64,000 nucleotides of DNA from IMG/VR virus record IMGVR_UViG_3300008261_000005. One strand, given 5' to 3'. A model generated the notes under the pieces. It had not been told where the DNA came from. It did not search any database and saw nothing but the letters and a program-made list of their open reading frames with translations. Shown here piece after piece: positions 39,901-48,070 of the stretch (its first letter is position 1; every line of letters starts with the position of its first letter). This DNA is from a virus. The translations under genes were made by a program, and so were the position numbers.

Positions 39901-40454
39901 TCTGTTGGAATCCCGTAGACGATTGATTTATCATCTGGGGTGCCAAACTGGCTAGATGCAGGAGTTGCAGAATTTATTACTTTAATAAATTGATCATACC
40001 AGTTTGTATTTGCTGGATCATTCCACACAACAACTTGCCCAGCAAGATTTCTACCATTGCTGTCAATGACTGTTTGAGTTGTGCTTACGCTTTGGAATTT
40101 AAGGAGTCCGCTGGCGGGAATGTTTCTCTTGGCATTATAACTTAAAAGCCTTGCAAGCCTTAATACGCTTTCTCGACGTTCTGCAAGTTCTAAAAAGTTT
40201 TCTCGAGCATTTAAATCAACTCGGAAAGCTATGCTTTGCCCTAAGAAGGCAATCATATCAATTAAAGCAAGATATTCGCTTGACTCAATATAATCGTTAT
40301 AATCTTCTGGGTAATTTTCGCGCAAGTAATTAATCATTACTCGGCGCAGATTCTCAAAGTCGTAACTTTGGAAGTCTGCATTTCGGAAGCTCTGGTATAC
40401 CCGCTTCCAATCTTCTGCTACTAGTAATCTATTTTGTCTATCAGTTGAGGACAT
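36999..40454 (-). CDS. Baseplate wedge protein, T4 gp6-like, with long C-terminal extension
   Basis: DF..YDFE.LR...I.YL...YPE..ND...S....ALID..A......A...D..A.E.FL..A..R.SVL.LA..L.Y, and NRM.T..DY. Confidence 0.8.
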   Translation of the reverse strand: MSSTDRQNRLLVAEDWKRVYQSFRNADFQSYDFENLRRVMINYLRENYPEDYNDYIESSEYLALIDMIAFLGQSIAFRVDLNARENFLELAERRESVLRLARLLSYNAKRNIPASGLLKFQSVSTTQTVIDSNGRNLAGQVVVWNDPANTNWYDQFIKVINSATPASSQFGTPDDKSIVYGIPTEQYRFQTYSAGVPVFGFTKTVDGRNMNFEIVSTIIDSGTTIIEDAPQAGKTLSFLYRDDGKGSASPTSGFFLHFKQGNLNTGTFTITQPSTNEIIDIDATNVNDSDVWLYKLGSTGVESELWAKVPSFEGNNVIYNSLNKNIRNIYGVVTRNNDRVSLTFSDGTFGTLPLGTFRTYYRISNGLQYTINPKDIRNVSIDIPYISNVGQAEVLTITLALQSSITNSSATESNASIKQNAPATYYTQNRMITGEDYNISPLSVSQEVVKIKAVNRTSSGISRYFDLVDPTGKYSSTNLFGDDGIVYKELFDDSFRFSYSSRTDIEAIIYNQIIDVLSETSLRNFYYSNFSKIATDSLSISWFQKTSDTSESTGYVGDTVDSEPYRTGVFAATDLQYFEPGALVKFVAPAGTYFLKSENNKIVYGDATVPNSSTVLWAKVVGVIGDGTNNGTGVLSDGSGPVTLNVNIPQTAIVSQIIPKWRTTIDANTISSMIELIYANKPFGLRYDTISKTWKIVFEGNLNIKDEFSLGKQGNNTNQQLDSSWLLLFTTDTEFYTVKSRRLRYIFESKQQIRFYYDSSNKIFDSRSNSIVKDKIKVLNVNTKPDVTSAFTYDLVWEINKEFVGLDGYVDTKKIELSFSDSNDDGIVDDPELFEVIVDTATSPLTKYIVLERYDIAAGQQDYRYISNDSDLVLILTTEGTVGSFAPYVNGQYFYFIDTRTVKKLDKVVGKLTPSLDYKVFSGRDGLKFQYVHSADYETRIDPGLSNIVDLFILTREYDTKFRQWVLGNLTTEPLPSSTDQLSLSLSPSLNTIKSISDEIVYHPVRYKVLFGSKASADVRAAFKIIKNAEQTISDNEIKANVLTAINEFFALENWDFGDSFYFSELSAYVMNRTSPYLVNFVIVPRQTNLSFGSLFEIKSESDQLFINGATTDDIEIISGITSSVISASGNLASSSNVTSQQTITSKSGSY

Positions 40455-40475
40455 ATCCGCTTCCTATATCAAGTA

Positions 40476-40481
40476 TATTTA
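40476..40481 (-). promoter_or_regulatory. Late promoter core TAAATA
   Basis: In the gap upstream of the gp6-like ATG 40454. Confidence 0.45.
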
Positions 40482-40503
40482 GCGGTTTTTATTTTATGGG
40501 GTT

Positions 40504-40947
40504 TTAATTAATAAGACCGTTTGTTTGGTCAAATTTAAACTGTAATGTTTCTGAAATATTATAAGGCATGTAAGTCAGTGTACACTCAATTTGTAAACCG
40601 CTGTCGTAGGTAGTTACAATAACGTTTTCTGCACGTACTCGTGGATCGTAATTAATAATAGTTTCCACGTTTTGAATAATGATGGCCTTTAGTTCTTCAG
40701 TTAAAGGCTCAAAAAGCAAGTCCCATATGATTGTGCCAAATTCTGGATTCATTAAACGTTCGCCCTGGCGAATATGAAAATGGTTAATAATATCTTGCTT
40801 GATTAACGCCAAGTCAAACAGTGTATAACTTTCACTGTCTGCGCTGATTGTACTAAATCCTCGATATGTTCTTGGAATAGGCGCAGAACGTTTAGGGTCT
40901 TTGCCTTGGACCGTTATTTTATCGTACAAACGTGAACTTGATGTCAT
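40504..40947 (-). CDS. gp25: Baseplate wedge subunit, gp25-like
   Basis: IKQDI.N.F....GER.M.PEFG..I..LLFEP.......I...I...DPRV. Confidence 0.85.
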   Translation of the reverse strand: MTSSSRLYDKITVQGKDPKRSAPIPRTYRGFSTISADSESYTLFDLALIKQDIINHFHIRQGERLMNPEFGTIIWDLLFEPLTEELKAIIIQNVETIINYDPRVRAENVIVTTYDSGLQIECTLTYMPYNISETLQFKFDQTNGLIN

Positions 40948-40955
40948 ATCAATAT

Positions 40956-42446
40956 TTACCCTTCAGCACCTTGTATTTTACTAAAGGTATCAGTAACTGT
41001 AGTGTACTCTTTATATTTTGTGCCTGCAAAACCCATATCAGTTGTAGCACCTGCACCAGTTCTTCCTCCAGAATCTCTGTTAGTTTTAGCTGGTGTAACT
41101 TTAGTTGGATCTAAATTTTCATGCTGAGGGTAAGGCTCAGCAGTTGGGGCTCTTCGCATAATTGACGTCATTTCAGTCATATCCGCACCAGGTGTAGCGA
41201 CGTCAGGCAAGTTATGTGTTTTTATTCTAACTGCTTTCGCTGCTGCTGGGCCATTCATATCTATACGAGAAGCAGTTTCTTTATATGCCCCAGTAACGTT
41301 TAGGTCCATTGTGCCGCCAATCGTAATTTTTCCATTGGTTCCTGCAATAACGCTATAGTTAGTGCCAGATTCAAGTTGCATTTCTACTCCAGCTTTTATA
41401 TTGACATTGCGTTTAGCTTCAAAATTAATATCTCTATCAGCATAAAAATTAAAGTCTGCTTTGGTTCTAATGCTTATACTATCTGTTGCAAAAATGTCTA
41501 TTTTACCGTTGCTGGTTAGTTCAATCCAAGTTGTTCCACTAGCATTTCCAATGTAAATCAAATCTTCGCTGTTGTGCATTAAAATTTGATGTCCAGTCCT
41601 TGTTCTAATGCGAACTAATTCATTGTGAGGTATTGCTGGATCACCGTCAGTCTCATCTTGTTCAAGACTTGCGTATTCTGGCGGGCCTTCGTTTGCTGGA
41701 GTCTTGCGTGTGAATTTGTCGTCGCCGTCATCCATGACAAACGTAGTGCCGCCAAGTCGGCTAACAAATGCTCCAGGAATCTCATCTTCAGATTTGCCAA
41801 TGGATCCTTTGGGACCTTTCTTATCAATTGGCCCTGGAGTGCTGATACCAAACACCATACTTGGTGTTTCTCTGCGGGCACTGGAAGTTGTTATACCCCT
41901 AATATCGTCTTTTAGAAGTCCTTGATCAGATAAAACTTTTGTAAAAGGATGTTGTGCTTTTCTATTTTTAGTACTGTCATTATGCCCTGACGTAATTGCT
42001 GTTTTATTATATTCTGCAACTGGCACACGTTCTTCATCACCATCTATATTATAAGATGTTGCTGCCAAACCTGGCATCATAAAGTTCATGTTTTCATCTT
42101 GAACACACCCTATCCAAAAACCCTTACGTGGGTCGCCTTCAATAAAAAACACAACTACTGTAGATCCTGGATCAGGGGGGATCATCCACATGCCATAAGA
42201 CTTTTGTGCGTTATCGTATGTTTCATCCTCACCAACAAAGTCAATGCTGGTTGAACCCATAAACGGGCTCATGTATTTTACTACTGACGTTTGACCTTCT
42301 GAACCTGGATCATTACCAACTTCATGCAGTAGTTGCACTTCTAGAGATCCCATATAAGTAGGATCAAGGTGACTAATTACTTTTGCTAAAAACGGTCCAG
42401 GGTTATTGCCTTGTGAACCTATACCAGTTCTGGTTTCTTCTGCCAT
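40956..42446 (-). CDS. Baseplate hub/spike protein, gp5/VgrG OB-fold-like
   Basis: N-terminal AKV....DP...G.L.V and PD.G..V.V.FI.GDP..GFWIG; RT.TGH and later beta-helix-like repeats. Confidence 0.75.
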   Translation of the reverse strand: MAEETRTGIGSQGNNPGPFLAKVISHLDPTYMGSLEVQLLHEVGNDPGSEGQTSVVKYMSPFMGSTSIDFVGEDETYDNAQKSYGMWMIPPDPGSTVVVFFIEGDPRKGFWIGCVQDENMNFMMPGLAATSYNIDGDEERVPVAEYNKTAITSGHNDSTKNRKAQHPFTKVLSDQGLLKDDIRGITTSSARRETPSMVFGISTPGPIDKKGPKGSIGKSEDEIPGAFVSRLGGTTFVMDDGDDKFTRKTPANEGPPEYASLEQDETDGDPAIPHNELVRIRTRTGHQILMHNSEDLIYIGNASGTTWIELTSNGKIDIFATDSISIRTKADFNFYADRDINFEAKRNVNIKAGVEMQLESGTNYSVIAGTNGKITIGGTMDLNVTGAYKETASRIDMNGPAAAKAVRIKTHNLPDVATPGADMTEMTSIMRRAPTAEPYPQHENLDPTKVTPAKTNRDSGGRTGAGATTDMGFAGTKYKEYTTVTDTFSKIQGAEG

Positions 42447-44845
42447 TATGCGCCTTCGTTTCCGCTAACATCGTTAGCTTGATAAGATTTTGGATCGTTT
42501 GGATTAAATTTGTCAACAATTTTAGACACTAGAGTTTTTCCAGAACTGCCGTCATCTTTAACATCTTGTCCAACCATTCTATTTAAAGATAGTGTCTGTT
42601 TAAACTGTCCCTTATTGAACATATTTTCAACTTTAGTAACCATGTAAAGTCCACTAAACTGTGGAACTAGACTGCCTCCTGGAAAATCATATCTGCCAGT
42701 ATGACTGTTGATGTCCACAGGATTCCTAAATCTTACATTTATATAAGTTTGTCCGTCTTGATTATTGATACCACCGTCAGCATTAATGCCTTTTAAATTA
42801 GTTGCTTGGGCCGAGTAATTTCCCATGCCGCTATCGCCAAGGAAATAAGGATCTCCTATGATTTCCATATCTAATTGGACCATGTCGGCGCCTTCTGTAA
42901 TAGCATCTTGAAACTGTCTAGCTGCCATTGTTGCTGGGTCATCACCACCAGGGCCGCCCAAACCCCCTGTTCGAGTTCCAACTTTATCTTTAATTGCTGA
43001 AGTAGGCACAGTTCCTAATTCAACTTTAGATCCTGTTACTGGAGCTTCTCTGTTAGCGTCGGCTTCTGGCGGAGCATTTTTAGCTGCGGCATTACCAGTT
43101 TCCCCTGCTCTATTAACGTCAATGTTGTTTTTACCGCCGTCAGCGTTGAGTGCTGTATAAAACGCGGCATTAAATTCAATATTAAAATTAATAATATCTA
43201 AATTCTTTGCTGTATACAAGTAGTTGTATTCTTTAATTGCTTGTAATTTAAGTTTTTCAACGCCTTTGGCTGCTTCATTTGGCTGCATGAATTTACTATG
43301 GTGTACTCGGTGTGGTATCACTCTATAAACTACTAAATTAGGTTTACGGCCAGTGGTGTTTAAATCAGCATCACTATCCATAATATAGACTTGTGTTTCA
43401 ATTTTCCACCAATTGATAAATCCATCATCGCTAATTTTATCAGGATCAAGAGCTTGTCTACCGTAATCGCTTGCTAATATAATTTGATTTATAATATTTG
43501 GAATATCAGTGCCTTGTGCAAATCTAGCTTCACTAGATGTTTTGCTTATACTGATATTTCCGCGTTTATAAGTTCCAGTAGCTGCATCATAAGCTTCATT
43601 ATCTTTGCCAAACGCTGCATCTCCCTTTCTATATTCGTTGAATCCCATACTGGCCATACCAATGGGATTTATGTTTGAGTTTTGTACTAAATTAAATCCA
43701 TCAGTTCCTCTAACAACACCTAATCTAGTCAACACATTTCCGTTTGCACCAGCTTCTTTCTTAGGATCAACTGTTGCTGTTGGTGCAGCTTGACTATCAG
43801 AATCTACGTTAGCAGAATCACTAGTTTTTAAATCACTAGGGAATAAAATTAAAATTTGATCAGGCACTGTAACGTCTTTACGCTTTACTGCTTCTTGATA
43901 TCTATCGTTGATAACTTTTTGTACACTCTTTGCACCTGTCTGAATCATTTCTTGGACTGTAGAACCAGCAGCATTTACTTCTGTTTTAACTTGACTGTAT
44001 GTTGTATTATGTGCTTTTTCATTCCAAGGAATTGCTTCGCACGTATACACGCTACCCTGACCACTAACACGCATTGTGATATTTCTAATTTTTAATGGAA
44101 AATATTTTGTAGTTCCTGGAATTATTACGTTTTGTCTTTGAGCATCAACGTGTCCTTTAAATTCCAAACGAAGTAAAAGAGGACATTCTAAATAATTAAT
44201 ATACTTGGCTTCTAAGGCAGCAATCTGTAACGATTCAAAAAAGATTCCCATGCTGTACGGTTCAATGATATTGAATGTAATTCCAGTGGCGTTGGTATTG
44301 CCAGTAGTTTTATCAAAGCCCATCATTCCGCTAATTCTAACATCTTCAATGTTGAAGTCAAACTTGCCAGTGGGATTACTAAATGATCTGTAAGTTGTAG
44401 ATATTCTATCATTAGGACTGCCGCTGCCGCTTTTAAGGATGATCGGTCCCAATTTTCCTTTTCGATAGCTTTCATCTGGGAAATTCAAATCTTGCGGGCT
44501 TAGTACCGACAACGTCCAAACATAGTTGTAACTAGCAAAATTATGCAGCACGTTTGGAAAGGGAGGTTTGCCAGGAATATTAACAACAGTTTTGGCTGCG
44601 TTCAATAAAGACTCAATGTTTAAATCTGCAATCTTAGGAACTGCTTCTATTAAAGATTTTACTTGTCCAGGAATAGCATTTGTTAGAGCACCAGCAATAT
44701 TCGTTGCGCCACTAGATAGGGCGTTTTTTACACCGTTAATTGCATTGCCTGCACTTTGTAACCCAGCAACAACTCCCGAGCCATCCAATGCTTTTTTTAC
44801 AGTACTCGTTGCGTTGGTCGCCGCTGATTGTATATCAAACGCCAT
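42446..44845 (-). CDS. Baseplate hub/tail protein (gp27-like position)
   Basis: NVLHNFASYNY.WTLS start of the conserved region; C-terminal IIGDPY and G.Y.V.KV...F..G.F.Q.L typical of hub proteins. Confidence 0.55.
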   Translation of the reverse strand: MAFDIQSAATNATSTVKKALDGSGVVAGLQSAGNAINGVKNALSSGATNIAGALTNAIPGQVKSLIEAVPKIADLNIESLLNAAKTVVNIPGKPPFPNVLHNFASYNYVWTLSVLSPQDLNFPDESYRKGKLGPIILKSGSGSPNDRISTTYRSFSNPTGKFDFNIEDVRISGMMGFDKTTGNTNATGITFNIIEPYSMGIFFESLQIAALEAKYINYLECPLLLRLEFKGHVDAQRQNVIIPGTTKYFPLKIRNITMRVSGQGSVYTCEAIPWNEKAHNTTYSQVKTEVNAAGSTVQEMIQTGAKSVQKVINDRYQEAVKRKDVTVPDQILILFPSDLKTSDSANVDSDSQAAPTATVDPKKEAGANGNVLTRLGVVRGTDGFNLVQNSNINPIGMASMGFNEYRKGDAAFGKDNEAYDAATGTYKRGNISISKTSSEARFAQGTDIPNIINQIILASDYGRQALDPDKISDDGFINWWKIETQVYIMDSDADLNTTGRKPNLVVYRVIPHRVHHSKFMQPNEAAKGVEKLKLQAIKEYNYLYTAKNLDIINFNIEFNAAFYTALNADGGKNNIDVNRAGETGNAAAKNAPPEADANREAPVTGSKVELGTVPTSAIKDKVGTRTGGLGGPGGDDPATMAARQFQDAITEGADMVQLDMEIIGDPYFLGDSGMGNYSAQATNLKGINADGGINNQDGQTYINVRFRNPVDINSHTGRYDFPGGSLVPQFSGLYMVTKVENMFNKGQFKQTLSLNRMVGQDVKDDGSSGKTLVSKIVDKFNPNDPKSYQANDVSGNEGA

Positions 44846-44846
44846 A

Positions 44847-45146
44847 TTAGTTTCCTAAAACTTCTCTAAGACTTGAATTCTTTGGAATAAAAATTTGAGT
44901 TCCTGGAATAAAATCAAATATAGGATCTTGTAATATGTCTAAATTGCGTTGAATAAAAACCCACCATAGTGCTGATTCGCCATATAAGTCATGTGCTAAT
45001 AAATCTGGCCTATATGTGTATTGCGGCTCAATCGTATAAAGAAAATCATCCGCCTCAGAACTAACTGGTCTAATTGTCAATACGTCTAATGTATTTCTTG
45101 AAATTGTTGTCCTAAACCAAGGACTTAAATTTGTATATTGTGCCAT
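44847..45146 (-). CDS. Baseplate wedge gp53/LysM-like small protein
   Basis: Y.YRPDLLA.DLYG...LWWVF...N...DP.FDF..G..I..P. Confidence 0.75.
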   Translation of the reverse strand: MAQYTNLSPWFRTTISRNTLDVLTIRPVSSEADDFLYTIEPQYTYRPDLLAHDLYGESALWWVFIQRNLDILQDPIFDFIPGTQIFIPKNSSLREVLGN

Positions 45147-46141
45147 TAAATGTATCCTTTGCTTACATAAGCGCCATTAACAAAGTTACGCAAACTAAAT
45201 TGTCTTACTGCTTCTTTACTATAGACTGGCTGTAGGGTAATTGTTAAGTCACTCTTAACTGGCACATGACTGTCTCTTGGAACTCCCATACCGCCAGCAC
45301 CGCCACCAAGAGCATCTTTAACATTTGAAATAACATTTAAGGCAGACCCTGCCTTAGCTACTACGCTTGCGGCTGCGCTAACTGATCCTAAATTAGCACC
45401 AGCCAAAGTTGATGCTAGTGCAGATACTTCACCCAAACTACTTCCAGCTGCAACTGTTGTACTGATATACTGCACATCCTTTGGCAGTGACATGCTAAAA
45501 CTTGTGACCACACAAGGAACATTTCTAAACACATGGTCACCGTAAGCACTAAAATTTAAAATTGGAGGGGGGTTACCAGCAAATGCTCCTTCGCCAGTAA
45601 ACATTTTTGTCACTGAACGTAAAAAGTGAACTGCTGCAATCCAATATTTGGCTTGTACAGAATCTTCAACATTGAATTCTCCAGTTATCTGAATAGCGTT
45701 TGCTCTACTGCTTTGATAAGCCATGTACTGATAATTTTGATGCGTGACTGAAACTTCGTTATATGTTGCTGCGTGACTGATAGTGATTGTGGGAGTATAC
45801 GGAAAAATTAATCCGCCGGCAGCAGTTAGTGGTTGTAAAATTGGGCTTGTATCAAAAAAGCTACCTCTAGGCATACTAAGTCTTGCTCGCCAATCATTAG
45901 TAGCATCTGTTCCACCAAATGCAGCGGCTGCGTTGACTATTGATCCAATTGCTTCGCCGCCCAATGGAAGATTTATACTTCGAATTGCACTGAGCAACTG
46001 GTTCGGATTTGATAAATTATTTAATGCCGAACCTAAATTGGCCGCTGTTCTCAACACGCCCGCGCCTGTCTGCAACACAGAATTTGCCGTCTGCGCTACA
46101 CTTGAAACGCTTGATAACCCACTTGCTAAATCGAATGCCAT
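45146..46141 (-). CDS. Baseplate/tail-tube initiator, gp48/gp54-like
   Basis: FPYTP.I...H.A.Y, PPP.L.F..YG...F..VP.V.TSF...LP.DV.Y. Confidence 0.6.
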   Translation of the reverse strand: MAFDLASGLSSVSSVAQTANSVLQTGAGVLRTAANLGSALNNLSNPNQLLSAIRSINLPLGGEAIGSIVNAAAAFGGTDATNDWRARLSMPRGSFFDTSPILQPLTAAGGLIFPYTPTITISHAATYNEVSVTHQNYQYMAYQSSRANAIQITGEFNVEDSVQAKYWIAAVHFLRSVTKMFTGEGAFAGNPPPILNFSAYGDHVFRNVPCVVTSFSMSLPKDVQYISTTVAAGSSLGEVSALASTLAGANLGSVSAAASVVAKAGSALNVISNVKDALGGGAGGMGVPRDSHVPVKSDLTITLQPVYSKEAVRQFSLRNFVNGAYVSKGYI

Positions 46142-46160
46142 AATTGTTCCCTCTGGCTAA

Positions 46161-46166
46161 TATTTA
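46161..46166 (-). promoter_or_regulatory. Late promoter core TAAATA for the baseplate operon
   Basis: 20 nt upstream of ATG 46141, with a GAGGG RBS in between. Confidence 0.55.
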
Positions 46167-46167
46167 G

Positions 46168-46196
46168 TTGACTTTTTAATGTGCGTAGTTTATAAT
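46168..46196 (+). promoter_or_regulatory. Sigma70-type promoter for gp55-gp47-gp46
   Basis: TTGACT (46168-46173), 17 nt, TATAAT (46191-46196). Confidence 0.75.
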
Positions 46197-46218
46197 ACTA
46201 TTATATAGGACCCATTTA

Positions 46219-47064
46219 ATGACAATAATAACACCACCGAAAGTAAATTACTTAAACAACAAAGACTTACTAGAAGAAATACACAAGTCCAAAAATACAT
46301 ATTCAAGCTATGCAAAGCCTGAATATCACCAATACGATATTATTTTGCCTAGTTTGGACAAAATAAACATACGCACGGTTGCCGAAGCTAAAAGAAATCA
46401 AGCCAAAAGAATAGGTGATTTGGATTATCAAACTCGCAAACGTGCTGGTGAAAAAGTCAAACAAGCCGACTGCGAAGTGGACTATAAGAAGATTGCTAAA
46501 ACGGATTTGATCTTTAGGATTATGACGTTTGATCATGTTCCCCTTAACGGTACTCGCAAAAAGAATCCCAAAAGCCTAGCAGATCACAGAGATAAAGTTA
46601 ACTTTCCACCTTTCCAACACTGGAAATTTGATGACAAAGACGAACTAATATGTGTGGGTAAAAGTCATTGGAAGGGTGATTTAGTTAAAGGTAAATTTGA
46701 CAAAGATCACGGGCAAATTACCAATACATTAGCTCGCATGTACATTAAACTATGTGAACGATATGCTACCCGCGGCAATGTACGTGGTTACACATATAAT
46801 GACGAGATGCGAGCACAGGCAATATTACAGTTAACTCAAATTGGATTGCAGTTTAACGAAGCAAAAAGTAATAACCCGTTTGCTTATTTTACTGCGGCGG
46901 TGACTAATAGCTTTGTACGCATTATCAACATTGAAAAACGCAATCAAAATATTAGAGATGACATGTTGGAAATGAATGGAATGAATCCTAGTTACAGTAG
47001 AACTGGCGCTGGTGAACATGCTGCCGCACAAAAACGATTTAATGAAGGAACGCCTAGTGAGTAA
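46219..47064 (+). CDS. gp55: Late-transcription sigma factor, T4 gp55-like, with long N-terminal region
   Basis: Y.NNKDLL.E, N.RGYTY.DEM...A.L, F...KS.NPFAYFT.....SF.R.I..EK. Confidence 0.75.
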   Translation: MTIITPPKVNYLNNKDLLEEIHKSKNTYSSYAKPEYHQYDIILPSLDKINIRTVAEAKRNQAKRIGDLDYQTRKRAGEKVKQADCEVDYKKIAKTDLIFRIMTFDHVPLNGTRKKNPKSLADHRDKVNFPPFQHWKFDDKDELICVGKSHWKGDLVKGKFDKDHGQITNTLARMYIKLCERYATRGNVRGYTYNDEMRAQAILQLTQIGLQFNEAKSNNPFAYFTAAVTNSFVRIINIEKRNQNIRDDMLEMNGMNPSYSRTGAGEHAAAQKRFNEGTPSE

Positions 47065-48070
47065 TTTATTTAAAAAAGTTGCCTGCTTTACAGATATTCA
47101 TTTTGGATTAAAGTCAAATAGCAGTGTTCACAATAAGGATTGTGAAGATTTTGTAGACTGGTACATTGCTAAAGCAAAGGAGGAAGGTTGTGATACTGGA
47201 ATTTTTATGGGTGATTGGCATCACAATCGGAATAGCCTCAACATCACTACTATGGACTATAGTTTGCGGGCCTTGGAAAAGTTGGGTGCGGCGTTCGATA
47301 CATTTTACTTTTTCCCTGGTAATCATGATTTGTATTACAAAGACAAGCGGGATATTCACTCAGTTGAGTTTGGAAAATATATTCCTGGTATTACTGTTGT
47401 TCATGAACCTACTACTATCGGCGACGTTACTTTATGCCCGTGGCTCGTGGGCGAAGAATGGAAAAAGATAGGCAAAAAAGGTGGCAAGTATATATTTGGT
47501 CACTTTGAGTTGCCCAGTTTCTTTATGAACGCAATGGTACAGATGCCAGACCATGGTGAATTACAGTTGGATCAATTTGCAAATTACGAATTGGGATTCA
47601 GCGGACACTTCCATAAACGTCAAGTACGTAAAAATATGCACTATATTGGTAATGCATTTCCGCACAATTATGCAGATGCATGGGATGATGACCGTGGCAT
47701 GATGATTATGGAATGGGGCAAGCAGCCGGAATATTACAACTGGCCAGGACAACCCACATTTAGGACAGTTACATTGAGTCGATTAATCGACGAAGCGAGC
47801 ACATTGATCTTGCCCAAACAGCATCTTCGTGTTACACTAGACATTGACATTAGCTATGAAGAAGCTAGTTTTATCAAAGAAAAATTCTTAGGCGATTATG
47901 ACATTAGAGAATTAACTTTAATTGCCGAGAAAAAGGATGTAGAAATTAATACAGATATTGATATTAAAGCATTTGAGAGTGTTGACACGATTGTCAGCAA
48001 TCAGCTTGTCAGTATTGAAAGCGACACTTACAGCGCCAAGACTTTATTGGCCATTTATAATAGCCTATGA
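47057..48070 (+). CDS. gp47: Recombination/repair nuclease, T4 gp47 (Mre11/SbcD-like); likely GTG start at 47057
   Basis: TDIHFG, GDWHH, GNHD, GHFE, SGHFH metallophosphoesterase motifs. Confidence 0.9.
   Translation: MSNLFKKVACFTDIHFGLKSNSSVHNKDCEDFVDWYIAKAKEEGCDTGIFMGDWHHNRNSLNITTMDYSLRALEKLGAAFDTFYFFPGNHDLYYKDKRDIHSVEFGKYIPGITVVHEPTTIGDVTLCPWLVGEEWKKIGKKGGKYIFGHFELPSFFMNAMVQMPDHGELQLDQFANYELGFSGHFHKRQVRKNMHYIGNAFPHNYADAWDDDRGMMIMEWGKQPEYYNWPGQPTFRTVTLSRLIDEASTLILPKQHLRVTLDIDISYEEASFIKEKFLGDYDIRELTLIAEKKDVEINTDIDIKAFESVDTIVSNQLVSIESDTYSAKTLLAIYNSL

Noticed and set aside
47012-47056. ATG 47012 start for gp47
   Set aside because: It overlaps 53 nt of gp55. The in-frame GTG at 47057 with an upstream GAAGGA gives normal coupling.
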